Position numbers and translations under genes: made by a program. A DNA stretch of 49,522 nt, the filler included, from Sphacelaria rigidula (taxonomy: Eukaryota), in NCBI GenBank assembly GCA_964200075.2. It is 3 parts of 3 records of this genome, joined end to end, with 100 filler letters (N's around TTAATTAATTAA, not from the genome) between each part and the next. Parts side by side here need not be neighbours in the genome. Positions count along the whole stretch, not along the records: positions 33,084 to 49,522 come from CAXNAA020001359.1; 2 more parts are not named here. One strand, given 5' to 3'. Each line of letters opens with the position of its first letter. Position 1 is the stretch's first letter. The notes under the pieces were generated by a model that saw only the letters and a list, made by a program, of their open reading frames with translations, was not told the origin of the DNA and did no database searches. Shown piece by piece: positions 47,835 through 49,522 of the stretch.

Positions 47835-48205
47835 CTGTCAGTAACGGAGGAGTAAAGCATGGGAGGGTTGGTTACATCAAATTCATCAAGGGGGGGCAGG
47901 ATGGGAAGAGAGAAGATGGGACATGTGCGCAACGGCGGTACTGTACGGTGATGTCTATATTCATCTCCTCTACAACATGCACATGTGCACACCTGATTAC
48001 ACCCTACGACAGATTCGGCCAAAGTAGTGAACACGCGCTGTAGTGAACACGCTTGGTTCTAAGGCGATGAAATCGCTCTCTCTCTCCGTGTATATGTCCT
48101 CTTCTCTCCGTCTCATCCTACTGTCTTTGAATTTGCGCATAATACGCACACTAAGTTAAGTGTTCGGGTGCTGATTCGGACACAAAGCTCTTCAGTTGGA
48201 CGAAC

Positions 48206-48353
48206 CTGGGTGCTCGAGGTCCCAACATAGATTGCTTCGCCATTTTTTTCTTCGCCGTCTCCAAAGCGGTAATCGTACACGCCGCAGTACTCAATCACGT
48301 TGTCCGAAAGCTCCGCGTTGGTCACGAAATTTCTCAGACGAACGCATTCTCCT
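48206..48353 (-). CDS. Right-handed parallel beta-helix (pectin-lyase-like fold) protein exon (GECVRLRNFVT...KNGEAIYVGTSSTQ)
   Basis: ttgcAG and CAG|GTTCGT; 148 nt, phase 2-0. Upstream exons were not identified in the window. Confidence 0.9.
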
Positions 48354-49112
48354 CTGCAACGTCAGCAAACATTAAGCAGAAAGGAGTTGAGGCATAAAAT
48401 AAGTATTTTGGTGAGCTATCCGAATGGTTGGGTCTTTTCAGACAAAGACGTGGCGGACGTTCTGCGGGTACATCTATCCATCCGTGCGATACGGTACTCG
48501 TACCCAAAAAAAAATCGTCTGTGGATTGACAAATTCATTCAGTTGCTTGTAGTCTGTTGTACACGGTAATGATGTCCGATTTCCATCTAGCCAATAAGCA
48601 CCACAATTACCTCAACGAGGCTCGTAGTATCTCAGTCTCTCCCCCACCTCCCCCTTTCTTCCTGTTCAGGGGCCAGAGGATATTTTTTCCTGAATTTTAT
48701 TGCAGAAAGTTTTCTACCGGACACTACAGCAGCAGCTACAATAAAGCAATTGAATACCCGTGGCCTCTCTGATTAGATTATTGGATCTCCTACTCTTTCC
48801 ATGGAGTGCGGTGTGGTTCTCTGGTATGTTGGCAACTCCATCTCGATCTCGTCATCTATCGTCGCATCAGCCCGACTTATCTGATTCGAGGTCATATCTT
48901 TATAAAATATGTGAACGCATCCCAGTCAAACATGGGTACAAAATCTCCCTGTGCTGTATCTGGCAAAATTTTCAACCTGATCCTCCCTCCCCCGCCAACT
49001 TCGCACGGCTAAAGCAAAAAAATGGTTACGTTGCAGGCATACACAAACGAGTTTATTTTTACATCCACGTACCCACTTTGTTGTTTCGGACCTCTCAGGG
49101 AGGGGGATAGGG

Positions 49113-49293
49113 TGTAATGCGTGAAAGGACCGCGTGCTTAGAGGACCGCATCAGAATTTTAAAACCCCCATGGTTAGGGTCAGGGGCGTGGTCCCTGCAG
49201 GGACTGGCCCTATCGGTTTTGGAAAAAGTCAATCCTGAGATGTTTTGGACTACGATGCGGTCCTCTAACCACGAGGTCTTCTCACGCATTACA
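49113..49293. mobile_element. Ginger-like MITE (TGT..ACA, 4-bp TSD AGGG)
   Basis: TIR TGTAATGCGTGAAAGGACCGCGTGCTTAGAGGACCGCATC / GATGCGGTCCTCTAACCACGAGGTCTTCTCACGCATTACA. AGGG at 49109-49112 and 49294-49297. Confidence 0.85.
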
Positions 49294-49394
49294 AGGGTAC
49301 AAGACCTTCACCCTCACCCCGAACGCCTGACAAAATAACTAAATCGACCCAAAATTAATTCCTTTACAAAACGAGGCGGCGTCGGAGGGGGCAT

Positions 49395-49443
<49 letters not shown>

Positions 49444-49522
49444 ACGGAGGGGCGCGGGGGCCCGGCCACCCCCCCCCCACGCGCCAAGAAAGAAAAGAGA
49501 AAGGAGGAGGGAGAGGGGGGGG

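Noticed and set aside
49396-49443. Long poly-C run
   Set aside because: At the low-quality window end; likely a sequencing or assembly artefact.

Overview
Eukaryotic, intron-rich, transposon-dense genomic DNA. It is most consistent with a brown alga (Phaeophyceae); this is inferred from gene structure and TE types, with no database search run. Three minus-strand host genes are partly recoverable by GT-AG exon chaining. (1) A right-handed beta-helix protein with an acidic Ser/Thr/Asp/Glu tandem-repeat tail, 5 phase-consistent exons at 44027-48353, 5' end missing. (2) Two exons (29888-29966, 21656-21751) of a probable JmjC/cupin-like protein, whose ~8.1 kb intron holds a decayed tyrosine-recombinase (DIRS/Ngaro-type) retrotransposon on the + strand (gag-like, RT, RNase H, YR). 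(3) A hypothetical protein with a large low-complexity exon (8325-11104). A decayed Ty3/Gypsy pol (33120-38492; RT-RNase H-integrase-chromodomain plus a second Tudor/SH3-like module) carries a foldback insertion and a LINE/SINE 3' end; removing each restores the reading frame. Many small elements have readable TIRs/TSDs: a hAT MITE with a nested piggyBac MITE, Ginger-like TGT..ACA MITEs (one with expanded CCCTAA repeats), Sola-like 4-bp-TSD MITEs, a CAC..GTG full palindrome, and tRNA-derived SINEs. The most unusual unexplained signals are a candidate pseudoknotted, T-loop-containing RNA at ~32463-32597, a possibly related 48-nt motif conserved at 7365 (+) and 47379 (-), and twin 28-bp perfect palindromes exactly 220 bp apart at ~20 kb. 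There are two large assembly gaps with a TTAATTAATTAA linker and one short gap.
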